A DNA stretch of 64,000 nt from Candidatus Woesearchaeota archaeon (lineage in GTDB: Archaea > Nanobdellota > Nanobdellia > Woesearchaeales > JABMPP01): NCBI GenBank assembly GCA_018303405.1, contig JAGVYD010000014.1, positions 9,350 to 73,349 of the forward strand, in the 5' to 3' direction. Within the stretch, counting starts at the first letter, position 1. Each line of letters begins with the position of its first letter. Position numbers and translations under genes: made by a program. Of this stretch, positions 17,262 to 25,870 are shown piece by piece. The notes beneath the pieces were generated by a model. That model was not told the origin of the DNA. It saw only the letters and a list, made by a program, of their open reading frames with translations, and searched no databases.

Positions 17262-18008
17262 TTATTGCTGGATTGTTTCCGTGGTTTCCACGGAATTTTC
17301 AGATGATTGGTCAGGCTGCACATCCCTTGCCTGGCCTGAGTCCTGCTGGCCCTGCCTTGGAGATGGCCTTTCAGGCATTTTTCTTTCCAAAAGCTCGGAT
17401 GGCCTCTTTGTTTCTTCACTGGCCTTGCTCAGCTCCTGGCCAGGAATTGTTTCAAGGACGCGTAGTTCAGCAATGGACAGTGGGTAGGTTTTTTTGAGAT
17501 GGTCCCTTAACGCCCTTTGGACTTTATAGTTTATGACATCCATGAACAGGGTCAGGTAATTTGATTTTGTGACAACTGCTTCCAGAAATGCAAGCGCTTC
17601 CTTTCTCAGGCTGATGTGGATTGATTTCCTTGTCTGTGACTTGGTTACGAACATGGGCTTCAGTTTCATCTTGATGCCGTCTGCAGAACTGCACTTGAAG
17701 GAATAGTCAAGCTTGTCCTTCTTTCTCCTCACAATCCTTCGTATGCTGGATGAAACAATTGAATAAGAAACAGGGTATGCTATTCCCTTTGCGCCGACAA
17801 CCTTCTCAACCCTGAACTTCAGGTTGATATTTTGGTTCTTTGGATTTCCGGTCAGGCTCATCAGGTTTGCCTGGATGTGCCTTCCCTTCATCTGGTCAGG
17901 CATTTCCAGCGGCAGCTCGCCAATGAATGTTTCGCCAAAAGTCGAATTGGTATAAACCTGGTACCAGTTTTTTCTCTTGATTCTAAGCTGTGATTTTTCT
18001 GTAGCCAT
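17262..18008 (-). CDS. rps3ae: 30S ribosomal protein S3Ae (eS1) with a low-complexity C-terminal extension.
   Basis: N-terminus ...KRKNWYQVYTNSTFGETFIGELP... matches the S3Ae signature (KxKxWYxVxAPxxFG). Confidence 0.75.
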   Translation of the reverse strand: MATEKSQLRIKRKNWYQVYTNSTFGETFIGELPLEMPDQMKGRHIQANLMSLTGNPKNQNINLKFRVEKVVGAKGIAYPVSYSIVSSSIRRIVRRKKDKLDYSFKCSSADGIKMKLKPMFVTKSQTRKSIHISLRKEALAFLEAVVTKSNYLTLFMDVINYKVQRALRDHLKKTYPLSIAELRVLETIPGQELSKASEETKRPSELLERKMPERPSPRQGQQDSGQARDVQPDQSSENSVETTETIQQ

Positions 18009-18117
18009 TTTGCCAATGAATTGGGACTAATGAACCCTTTATAAAGTTATCTGAGGGATGGCTCTGTTTTAGCAGGTGTTGCTGCCAGCATTTTCAACAG
18101 CACATAACAAAACAAGC

Positions 18118-18335
18118 TTAGCAGAAAACTTCGCCTGAAGGCTCAGGTTTTGCCATCGGCTCGCATGGGCATCTTACTCACGAGGGCAGTTTTCTCCCTG
18201 GAGCTTAACGATTTTTGGAATCGCTTAAGTGCCGAACGAGCAGAGCGAGTGACCGCACTCCGAAAACTGCTGCCTGCCTTATTTCCAGGTGCTCGCGGAA
18301 TTGATGGCAAAACGTAAACTTTCCTGCTAAGCCAC
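18118..18335 (+). mobile_element. Degenerate third copy or relative of the MITE family.
   Basis: gcagaaaacttcgcctgaaggctcaggttttgccatcggctcgcat aligns with the 5' part of the 53.8 kb copy (gtagaaaatctcggctggtgcctcggtcttgccatcggctcgcat). The 3' part (attgatggcaaaacg) resembles gctgatggcaagaccg. Confidence 0.35.
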
Positions 18336-18514
18336 AAAACAGTAAACTTTAAATATAATGCCAAAACACTAAATTAATGTCTTCTTCTCGGAGATTCTCG
18401 GGAGGTAGATGGGAAAGCAATGAATATTTTGGGCATTTGGCAACGCAATGCCGGCAAAGTTTTTGGCAACCAGGCGTTGAGATGCATTATTTATTGGATA
18501 AAGGGTTGGATTGA

Positions 18515-19297
18515 ATGACAAAAATCAAGAAAGGGGATTTCATTGAGCTGGACTACACCGGCAAAAGCAAGGAAGAGGGCATAATTTTTGACACAACAAT
18601 TGAAAGCGTTGCAAAAGAGAATGGATTATATTCAGGCAAGGCTGAATATGCGCCGGTGATTGTTTGCGTCGGCCAAAAGCATTTGCTGCCCGGCCTGGAT
18701 GGCCATCTTGAAGGCACGGAGGCAGGGAAGGGTTATACTTTTGACATCCCGCCTGAAGGTGCATTCGGGAAAAAGGACGCCAAGCTTCTCCAGCTGGTTC
18801 CAACTGCTAGGTTCAAAAAGGAAAACATCCAGCCAATGCCTGGAATGCAGGTTGACATTGACAACCATATGGGAGTCATTAAGACTGTTTCAGGCGGGAG
18901 GACATTGGTTGACTTTAACCATCCGCTGTCTGGAAAAGAAGTTGTCTACTCAATTGATATCAAGAGGATAGTGGAAGACAGCCTTGAGAAGGTCAGAAGC
19001 CTGCTCAGGATGCAGCTTGGCCTGAAAGGGCCTGAAATCAGCATGAAGGATGGCACAGTTGAAGTTGATTTCCCGCAGGAAATGCCAAAGGAAATCGTTG
19101 AAATGATTGAAAAGCAGCTTGCTGAGCTTGTTCCTGATGTGAAAAAGCTTGTTTTTGTGGCCAAGCCCAAAGCCGATGATAAGGAAGGGAAGGCTCATCA
19201 GGATGAAAACAGGGCAAAGGAGCATGCTGGCCATGCGCACAACGAGCATGAAGGGCACAGCCATGCAGGGCATGACCATTCAGGCCACAAGCATTAA
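18515..19297 (+). CDS. FKBP-type peptidyl-prolyl isomerase (SlyD-like) with a His-rich C-terminal tail.
   Basis: FKBP core (KGDFIELDYTGK...), an insert-in-flap-like region, and the C-terminal tail HAGHAHNEHEGHSHAGHDHSGHKH. Confidence 0.7.
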   Translation: MTKIKKGDFIELDYTGKSKEEGIIFDTTIESVAKENGLYSGKAEYAPVIVCVGQKHLLPGLDGHLEGTEAGKGYTFDIPPEGAFGKKDAKLLQLVPTARFKKENIQPMPGMQVDIDNHMGVIKTVSGGRTLVDFNHPLSGKEVVYSIDIKRIVEDSLEKVRSLLRMQLGLKGPEISMKDGTVEVDFPQEMPKEIVEMIEKQLAELVPDVKKLVFVAKPKADDKEGKAHQDENRAKEHAGHAHNEHEGHSHAGHDHSGHKH

Positions 19298-19417
19298 TTT
19301 TATATATTAGAAATGCAAGTGATTTTACCACAAAGGCCGGCGCGCCACCGAGGGCAAATCCAGGCATTGCCAGCCAATGATTGATATTTTGGCCAAGGGA
19401 GGCAAGAAGGTGTCACA

Positions 19418-20557
19418 ATGTCAGATTTCCTAAAAGAGATTGTTGATGAAGTCAACCTGAAACAACAGGCAAAGCCAGCCTACCCAGGGATGAAGCAGGC
19501 GCCGACAAAAAAGAACGCAATTGATGCTGAGCTGGAAGAGCTGCTCGCAAAACAGCGGGCAACAATCAAGGTTGTTGGCTGCGGCGGCGCCGGCAATAAC
19601 ACAATTAACAGGATTACCGAAGTTGGTGTTGCAGGCGCAGAAACAGTTGCGATAAATACCGATGCCCAGGACCTGCTTTACACATCAGCTGACAAGAAAA
19701 TACTCATTGGAAAGGAGCTGACCCATGGCCTGGGCGCAGGCTCAATCCCAAAAATCGGTGAAGATGCTGCAAGGGAATCAGAGCATGACATTAAAAAAGC
19801 ATTGGAAGGCTGCGACATGGTCTTCATAACATGCGGCCTTGGCGGCGGAACAGGGACAGGCTCTGCTCCTGTGGCGGCGGAAGTTGCCAAAAAGCTCGGA
19901 GCTCTTGTTGTTGGGATAATAACGATGCCATTCATGATGGAAGGGCACAGAAGGTATGAAAACGCTGTCATTGGCCTGGAAAAGATGGAGCAGACCGTTG
20001 ACACGCTGATTGTCATACCAAATGACAAGCTTTTGGAGCTCGCCCCTGACCTCCCATTGCACACAGCATTCAAGGTTGCAGACGAAATACTTACAAATGC
20101 AGTCAAGGGAATTGCCGAGCTGGTCACCAAGCCAGGCCTTGTGAACCTTGACTTTGCAGACATCAGGGCTGTGATGGGCAAGGGAGGAGTTGCCCTGATC
20201 GGCGTTGGCGAAAGCGATACAGAGAACAGGGCGATTGAGGCTGTTGAAAAGGCCATTTCAAACCCATTGCTTGATGTTGATATTTCAGGCGCAAATGGCG
20301 CGCTGATTAATGTCCTCGGCGGAGTTGACATGACTCTCAATGAGGCAAGGACAGTTGTCGAGGCTGTTTCGGAAAAACTGGACAGCGATGCCAGGATTAT
20401 ATGGGGAGCGCAGATATCCGAGGACATGCAGCACACAATAAGGGCAATGCTTATAATAACAGGCGTTAAATCCAGCCAGATACTTGGTGCCGGGCAGGGA
20501 ACATCAGGAAAAAAGAGGGAGATTGAGACAGAGCTCGGCATCGAATTTGTTGACTGA
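19418..20557 (+). CDS. ftsZ: Cell division GTPase FtsZ.
   Basis: Tubulin/FtsZ signature GCGGAGNN and the overall FtsZ architecture, with an N-terminal extension. Confidence 0.9.
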   Translation: MSDFLKEIVDEVNLKQQAKPAYPGMKQAPTKKNAIDAELEELLAKQRATIKVVGCGGAGNNTINRITEVGVAGAETVAINTDAQDLLYTSADKKILIGKELTHGLGAGSIPKIGEDAARESEHDIKKALEGCDMVFITCGLGGGTGTGSAPVAAEVAKKLGALVVGIITMPFMMEGHRRYENAVIGLEKMEQTVDTLIVIPNDKLLELAPDLPLHTAFKVADEILTNAVKGIAELVTKPGLVNLDFADIRAVMGKGGVALIGVGESDTENRAIEAVEKAISNPLLDVDISGANGALINVLGGVDMTLNEARTVVEAVSEKLDSDARIIWGAQISEDMQHTIRAMLIITGVKSSQILGAGQGTSGKKREIETELGIEFVD

Positions 20558-20667
20558 TAAGGGGATAGAGGGGAGTGAGAGGCAGGCAGGGCAAATGCGC
20601 TTTATGCTGGCCTTGTGCGCAACTTCATTTTCATCAAGGTATATGAATAAGTGAAAAAGGGTCCAAA

Positions 20668-20871
20668 ATGGAAGAGACACAATCGCAAGAACCGGAAGCG
20701 CCGGGAAAATTCAAGTCATTCGTAAATGAATGCATCAGGGTGCTGAGGGTCACAAAGAAGCCCAGCAGGGAGGAATTCAAGACTATTGTCAAGGTTTCAG
20801 GGCTTGGGATGATGCTCATAGGATTTATAGGGTTCGTCGTAACAATGATCAAGCAGGTATTTTTAAAGTAA
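20668..20871 (+). CDS. secE: Preprotein translocase SecE / Sec61-gamma subunit.
   Basis: 67 aa with a single C-terminal TM helix. It lies immediately upstream of Spt5, the conserved gene order. Confidence 0.7.
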   Translation: MEETQSQEPEAPGKFKSFVNECIRVLRVTKKPSREEFKTIVKVSGLGMMLIGFIGFVVTMIKQVFLK

Positions 20872-20935
20872 AATGCCATGCGATTGGCAAATTTAGCCTG
20901 ACAAAACAAAACTGAAGAGGAAACAAGGATATAAG

Positions 20936-21733
20936 GTGAATATCAAAATGAGTGATGATTTCAAGAAGGAATTGGAGCAGCTGAAAAAGCAGCATGTTGA
21001 CCAGAAAGATGAGAAGCAGGAAAGTGCGGCGCCTGAAAAGCAGGAATCTGCAAAAATGTCTGACAAGGACGAGTTTGCTGAAATGCTGGACGAGATTTCA
21101 GAGCCAGCCAAGGACAAAGAGGCTGAAGAAGAGCAAGCTGAGAAGGAGTTGCCTGCAAAGGAAGTGGCAGTGGCTCCCAAGGCTGAAGTCAAGCAGCATA
21201 TTTTTGCTTTGAGGACAACGGCAAACAGGGAAGACCAGGTCATGGATTTTGTCACAAGCAATGCGAAAAAGAAAAAGCTTGATTTGTATTCCGTCATAAG
21301 GCCGCATGGCATGAGGGGATATATTTTCCTGGAGGCCCCATCAAGGAGCGACGCTGAGCAGTCGGCATTCAACGTGCCCTATGCAAGGGGCATTCTGCCA
21401 AAGGAGATTGATTATTCTGAAATAGAGCACATGCTTGAGCAGGTCAAGAAGGAAGTGAACATCCGCAAGAATGACATTGCAGAGATTATCTCGGGGCCAT
21501 TCAAGCGCGAGAAGTGCAAGGTTACAAGGATAGACAAGGCAAAGGAAGAGGTTGTTGTTGAACTGCTTGAAGCCGCCGTGCCCATCCCAATCACAGTCAA
21601 GATGGACGCAATCAAGGTCATCAGGCGGGAAAACGAGGGCGAGGATGCTGACAGCGATGAGCAAAAATCAATTGAGGTTCCGCCTTCAGTCGAGTCATCC
21701 GGCACTTCCGGGCCAGAAGAGGACGAGTTTTAG
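20936..21733 (+). CDS. spt5: Transcription elongation factor Spt5 (NusG homolog) with acidic N- and C-terminal extensions.
   Basis: The NGN domain starts at ...IFALRTTANREDQVMDFV... A KOW motif (GPFKREKCKVTRID) follows. An ~80 aa E/K/D-rich N-terminal extension precedes the NGN domain. Confidence 0.8.
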   Translation: MNIKMSDDFKKELEQLKKQHVDQKDEKQESAAPEKQESAKMSDKDEFAEMLDEISEPAKDKEAEEEQAEKELPAKEVAVAPKAEVKQHIFALRTTANREDQVMDFVTSNAKKKKLDLYSVIRPHGMRGYIFLEAPSRSDAEQSAFNVPYARGILPKEIDYSEIEHMLEQVKKEVNIRKNDIAEIISGPFKREKCKVTRIDKAKEEVVVELLEAAVPIPITVKMDAIKVIRRENEGEDADSDEQKSIEVPPSVESSGTSGPEEDEF

Positions 21734-21853
21734 GAGGTTATCCTCTATAGTTTTATTTTTTTATTGTTGTTTCTTTTGATTTCTCAGAATTTTAACTTTT
21801 GAACAGTAGTTACAATTGCAAAGATTTAAAAGCATCCAATATGCCACCTGCTC

Positions 21854-22459
21854 ATGGATAGCGATTTGCTTTACAGAAGGGTGTACACTCTTGATTCAGA
21901 GTTGCAATTCAGGGAAGCTACAGACCAGGTAAAAGCAGCTCTGGAAAAGAATCCAAGTGATCCGGTGGTTATCATCACCGCGGCAGTGCATTATGCCCGC
22001 ATGGAAAAATTTCCTCTCGCAAGAAGTTATGTGGATCAGATACCATCTGAATTCTTGGATGACCCAAGGCTCCTTATGAGCATTGCCCCAACACTTGTCG
22101 AGACTGGCTCAGCAGAAAAGGCCATCCAGAGCCTTGAGAAAGCACTGGGCATCCTGGGAGCCCATGGCATAGATGAGCCTACCCTGGAAATCGACATCAG
22201 GCACAATCTAAAAATAGCATACATAAAGGCAGGGTTGCCAGACAAAGCCAAAGCTGAATTCAGCAGGATTCAGGGGATAGAAAGAAATGCAAATTTTGAC
22301 CATTATCTTGACAAAATGTCGGCCTTATATGCACCTGGTGTCTTAAAAATACAGGATTGGCTGAGCTTCTTGAGAATTTTGGTGCAGGAAGGAGAGAAAG
22401 AAGCCCAGGTTTTCTGGGACAGCAAGATGTTTCCAGGCGGCAGGCCAACATTGTCTTAG
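21854..22459 (+). CDS. Hypothetical helical-repeat (TPR-like) protein.
   Basis: 201 aa, predicted all-alpha. No family recognised. Confidence 0.4.
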   Translation: MDSDLLYRRVYTLDSELQFREATDQVKAALEKNPSDPVVIITAAVHYARMEKFPLARSYVDQIPSEFLDDPRLLMSIAPTLVETGSAEKAIQSLEKALGILGAHGIDEPTLEIDIRHNLKIAYIKAGLPDKAKAEFSRIQGIERNANFDHYLDKMSALYAPGVLKIQDWLSFLRILVQEGEKEAQVFWDSKMFPGGRPTLS

Positions 22460-22639
22460 TGAGATAGTTAGAACTGTTTTTAATTTTCTGGCAAATTTTC
22501 CTGGACATTATTTGAGCTTCTGTTGAGCTGGCAAGATATTTTCCAGTTTAATCCGAAAATCTTCTGCAACATAGTGGATTTATCACGAAAAAATTAGGGT
22601 TAAGTCCATTAAGAATAAAATTTAAATTATTTAATTATG

Positions 22640-22900
22640 AATAAAAAAGAAAAACCCCGCTAATGCGAAGCGGCGCCCACGTATTGCTTTATTTTCGCAA
22701 ATATATATAATTTGCTGATTTTGTGCAAAGGAGGAGAAGTCTAGCCAGGTTTGACGCCTCGCTCAAGACGAGGCGGCGCCCACACGCCATGCGAGTTCGA
22801 ATCCTCCTAAAAAAGGCGAAGAACGGCACCGTGCTGGAAGCTGCCGCGAATCTCTCGCCTCCGCCGCACAAAATTTCTTTTGAATAATCAAACTTTATAA
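22640..22900 (+). ncRNA. Candidate structured RNA or leader upstream of rpl11. Its identity is unresolved. The strand assignment is tentative (the T-loop-like motif reads on +; strand otherwise unresolved).
   Basis: A GC-rich island in an AT-rich intergenic region. It has a perfect 7-bp hairpin CGCCTCG-CTCAAGA-CGAGGCG. The pair AGGAGGA...TCCTCCT encloses ~66 nt. The motif GCGGCGCCCAC is repeated. A T-loop-like GAGTTCGAATCC is present. Confidence 0.3.
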
Positions 22901-22971
22901 AGCCATAAACAGCAATATCAAAGAGCAAAGCTTTTAAAGCAACTCTAAATCCCAAATAGCATAATCAGACG

Positions 22972-23763
22972 GTGATGCACATAGCCAAGGAAAAAGTTGA
23001 AGCATTGGTTGAAGGCGGCAAGGCAACAGCAGCCCCGCCATTGGGCCCTGCACTCGGGCCGCTCGGCGTAAATATCGGCAAGGTAGTTGCAGATATAAAC
23101 AAAAAGACCGAATCATTCAAGGGAATGCAGGTGCCTGTCAAGATAACAGTTGATACTTCTACAAAGGAATATGAGATTTCAATCGGGACCCCTCCGGCTT
23201 CAGCGCTTGTGAAAAAGGAGGCAAACATAGAGAAGGGCTCCGGCAACCCATTGCTGGATTTGATTGCAGACATCAAGATTGAGCAGATTATCAAGATTGC
23301 AAAAATGAAAGAAGACAGCCTCCTTGGCAAGACAATGAAGGAGAAGGTCAAGGAAATCATTGGAACATGCGGCTCAATGGGCGTAATGGTTGAAGGCGTT
23401 ACAGCAAAGGCAGCAATAAAGCTTGTTGATGAAGGCAAATTCGACGAGGAGATAAAGCTCCAGAAGACAGAGCTTTCAGCAGCAGAGCTGAAGGAACTGG
23501 AAGAGGAGAAGAAGAAGCTTGCAGAGGAGATCCTGAAGAGGCGCGAAGAGTTTGTCAAGAAGGCAAAAGAGATTATCGCGGCCAATGAAGGAAAGGAAAG
23601 AGGGTTTATCAAGGGCAAGCTTGGCGAGGCCAAGATTCCGCAGGCCATCATCGACGAACTGCTGCCTGCGGAAGCAGCTGGCGGAGCCGCCGCAGCGCCT
23701 GGCGCGCCTGGAGCAGCGCCTGCAAAAGAAGCAGTGGCCAAGGCAGCGCCCGCGAAGAAATAA
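22972..23763 (+). CDS. rpl11: 50S ribosomal protein L11 with a ~110-aa K/A/E-rich, stalk-like C-terminal extension.
   Basis: L11 core (GKATAAPPLGPALGPLGVNI...TPPAS...SMGVMVEG). The extension contains AAGGAAAAPGAPGAAPAKEAVAKAAPAKK. Confidence 0.8.
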   Translation: MMHIAKEKVEALVEGGKATAAPPLGPALGPLGVNIGKVVADINKKTESFKGMQVPVKITVDTSTKEYEISIGTPPASALVKKEANIEKGSGNPLLDLIADIKIEQIIKIAKMKEDSLLGKTMKEKVKEIIGTCGSMGVMVEGVTAKAAIKLVDEGKFDEEIKLQKTELSAAELKELEEEKKKLAEEILKRREEFVKKAKEIIAANEGKERGFIKGKLGEAKIPQAIIDELLPAEAAGGAAAAPGAPGAAPAKEAVAKAAPAKK

Positions 23764-23782
23764 TTTTTTCTTATCTTTGAAT
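23764..23782 (+). terminator. T-rich tract after rpl11, a possible archaeal terminator.
   Basis: taattttttcttatcttt immediately 3' of the stop codon. Confidence 0.3.
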
Positions 23783-23868
23783 AAGAGGATGTTCAGCAAG
23801 AAAACATTTTATATGTTTTGAAGCATGGCACAATAAGCTTTATAAAAAAGCTGTATTTCGAAATCACA

Positions 23869-25431
23869 ATGACAGATAATGTCCATGAAAACTGCGGTGT
23901 GGCAGCAGTCCATATCCCGGACGGCTCTAAATTCCAAGGCATGGCTCCGAATTTTCTCTATAAATTGCTCATGAATTTGCAGGGCCGCGGGCAGTTGAGC
24001 GCAGGGATAACAACTTATAATCCCCTTAGGCCCCGATTGCTTGAAACCCATAGGGACCTTGGGCTTGTCACAGAGGTTTTCAAGGAATCCAATCCGGATG
24101 AACAGCTGAAAATTTTCAAGTCCCTGGCAGGCAACACAGGAATAGGCCATACAAGGTATGCGACATGCGGCGCAGATGACAGAGACAATGCGCAGCCCCT
24201 TGAAAGGACGCACGGCAGAAGGTGGAAATGGTTTTCTTTTTGCTTTAATGGGAACATTGCAAATTATTCTGACCTGAAAAAGCCGCTGGTTGAAAAGGCT
24301 GATTACCACATAATGTTTGACAATGACACTGAAATCATGATGCATTATCTTTCAAGGGAGCTTCAGGCGAAATCCAGGCCGGACATGAAAGAGGTCTTTT
24401 CCAGCCTCGCCAAAAAATTTGATGGCGCATTCAATATTGCCTTCATCAATGCAAGGGGGACGCTCATTGTGCTTCGTGACCCGATAGGCTTCAGGCCAAT
24501 GTGTTATGGCCACTATGAGGATGTCTTGCTCGTATCATCAGAGTCAAACGCCCTGGCAAATTTTGGCGTCACTGACATTAAATACCTCCAACCTGGGGAA
24601 GTCCTGCAGGTGCTGGAGGGTAAGATTGCCATAAAGCAGTTGGTGCCATCAAAAAAACAGGCAAGGTGCATGTTTGAATGGGTCTATTTCTCCAACGTTG
24701 CATCGCATTTTGACGGCAAATCAGTGTATTTGGCCAGGACAAAGCTGGGAGAAGAGCTTGCCAAGCTTGAGACTTTGCCCATTAACACAAATGAGTATGT
24801 GGTTGTTCCGGTGCCGGACAGCGCAAAACCAGCTGGGGATGCATATGCCTATGCCCTTGGCCTGCCGAGCCGTGAAGGCCTCATCAGGAACAGGTTTGCA
24901 GGCAGGACATTTATTGAAGGCCGGAGCCGCGAGGACAAGGTCAGGAACAAGTTCACTGTCCAGAAAAATATAATCGAGGGGAAAAAAGTCCTGCTGGTTG
25001 ACGACAGCATTGTGCGCGGCACCACAACCAGAAACATTGTAAAATACCTGAAAGAGGTTGGAAAGGCAAAGGAAGTCCACATAAGGGTCAGCTGCCCGCC
25101 AATTGTGGCACCCTGCTTTTATGGGATAGACATGTCCACCATAACTGAGTTGTTTGCGCCCAGGTTCAAGATCGACCCTAAAAAGCCAATTGAAAAAACA
25201 GTGCTGGACAGGATGGCAAAGGAATTGGGCGCTGACAGCCTGATCTACCAGACTATTCCTGGGCTGGCCAGGTCAATCTCGTTCCCGCAGGAAAAGCTGT
25301 GCATGGCCTGCCTAAACACAGATTATCCGACAAAGCAAGGCAATCTTTTGTATGGCACAGCCCTTAAGAATGCAATGAACGGGCAAAAGGGCAGGACATA
25401 TGAAAAGGATAAAGATAAAGGTTCGTGCTAA
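23869..25431 (+). CDS. purF: Amidophosphoribosyltransferase (PurF) with a short propeptide.
   Basis: The sequence (MTDNVHEN)CGVAAV follows an Ntn Cys. PRTase motif VLLVDDSIVRGTT. C-terminal Cys ligands. Confidence 0.75.
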   Translation: MTDNVHENCGVAAVHIPDGSKFQGMAPNFLYKLLMNLQGRGQLSAGITTYNPLRPRLLETHRDLGLVTEVFKESNPDEQLKIFKSLAGNTGIGHTRYATCGADDRDNAQPLERTHGRRWKWFSFCFNGNIANYSDLKKPLVEKADYHIMFDNDTEIMMHYLSRELQAKSRPDMKEVFSSLAKKFDGAFNIAFINARGTLIVLRDPIGFRPMCYGHYEDVLLVSSESNALANFGVTDIKYLQPGEVLQVLEGKIAIKQLVPSKKQARCMFEWVYFSNVASHFDGKSVYLARTKLGEELAKLETLPINTNEYVVVPVPDSAKPAGDAYAYALGLPSREGLIRNRFAGRTFIEGRSREDKVRNKFTVQKNIIEGKKVLLVDDSIVRGTTTRNIVKYLKEVGKAKEVHIRVSCPPIVAPCFYGIDMSTITELFAPRFKIDPKKPIEKTVLDRMAKELGADSLIYQTIPGLARSISFPQEKLCMACLNTDYPTKQGNLLYGTALKNAMNGQKGRTYEKDKDKGSC

Positions 25432-25718
25432 TTATTGTCATGATTCTTTGGCTTTGGTTTTTTGGCTTTTTCGAAAAATGCCTTTTCCATTCTCTTGAGG
25501 AATGCCACTTCAAATCCCAGAATCAGCAGGCCGAATATTAGGAAAGGCACGCCAGGTAGGACTGGGAGAAATACGCCCGTAATTCCTATCATGACCAGTA
25601 TAACGCCAATGGCAATTCCAATCCATCCCCATTTCCTTATTTTTTCAGCGTTCGATATCAGGAATCCTGCCATGCGCTTACCAAATCCCATAGGGTATAA
25701 TAAATTAACTGTTCCCAT
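25428..25718 (-). CDS. Small PGPGW-family membrane protein.
   Basis: Two TM helices with LPVLPGVPFLIFGLLILG. Confidence 0.45.
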   Translation of the reverse strand: MGTVNLLYPMGFGKRMAGFLISNAEKIRKWGWIGIAIGVILVMIGITGVFLPVLPGVPFLIFGLLILGFEVAFLKRMEKAFFEKAKKPKPKNHDNN

Positions 25719-25800
25719 GAGATATCCGCAGGGATATGCAAATCGTCATTCATAAGCTTTATAAAACCCCAATTTTTCCCATGAACCTCTAGTATCTCTC

Positions 25801-25863
25801 CATTATAGGGCATTATATGGAGTTAAAGCAATACACCTAATTGAATAGAGAACAGAAGGAGGA
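25801..25863 (+). promoter_or_regulatory. Putative thermosome promoter and RBS.
   Basis: Tandem TATA-like catTATAggg/catTATAtgg, then gaaGGAGGa 8 nt before the ATG at 25871. Confidence 0.3.
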
Positions 25864-25870
25864 TGAGATT

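Noticed and set aside
18143-18364. 73-aa minus ORF
   Set aside because: It overlaps the degenerate MITE copy. It has no coding signal.
19678-20541. 287-aa antisense ORF inside ftsZ
   Set aside because: It is Ser/Ala/Pro-rich and low complexity. It is a typical mirror ORF of a GC-richer gene and is fully contained in FtsZ.
22740-22815. Possible tRNA, on the basis of the GAGTTCGAATCC T-loop-like motif
   Set aside because: I could not build a cloverleaf. There is no complementary T-stem (GCGAG against CCTCC), and no D-arm or anticodon stem. It is retained only as an unspecified structured element.
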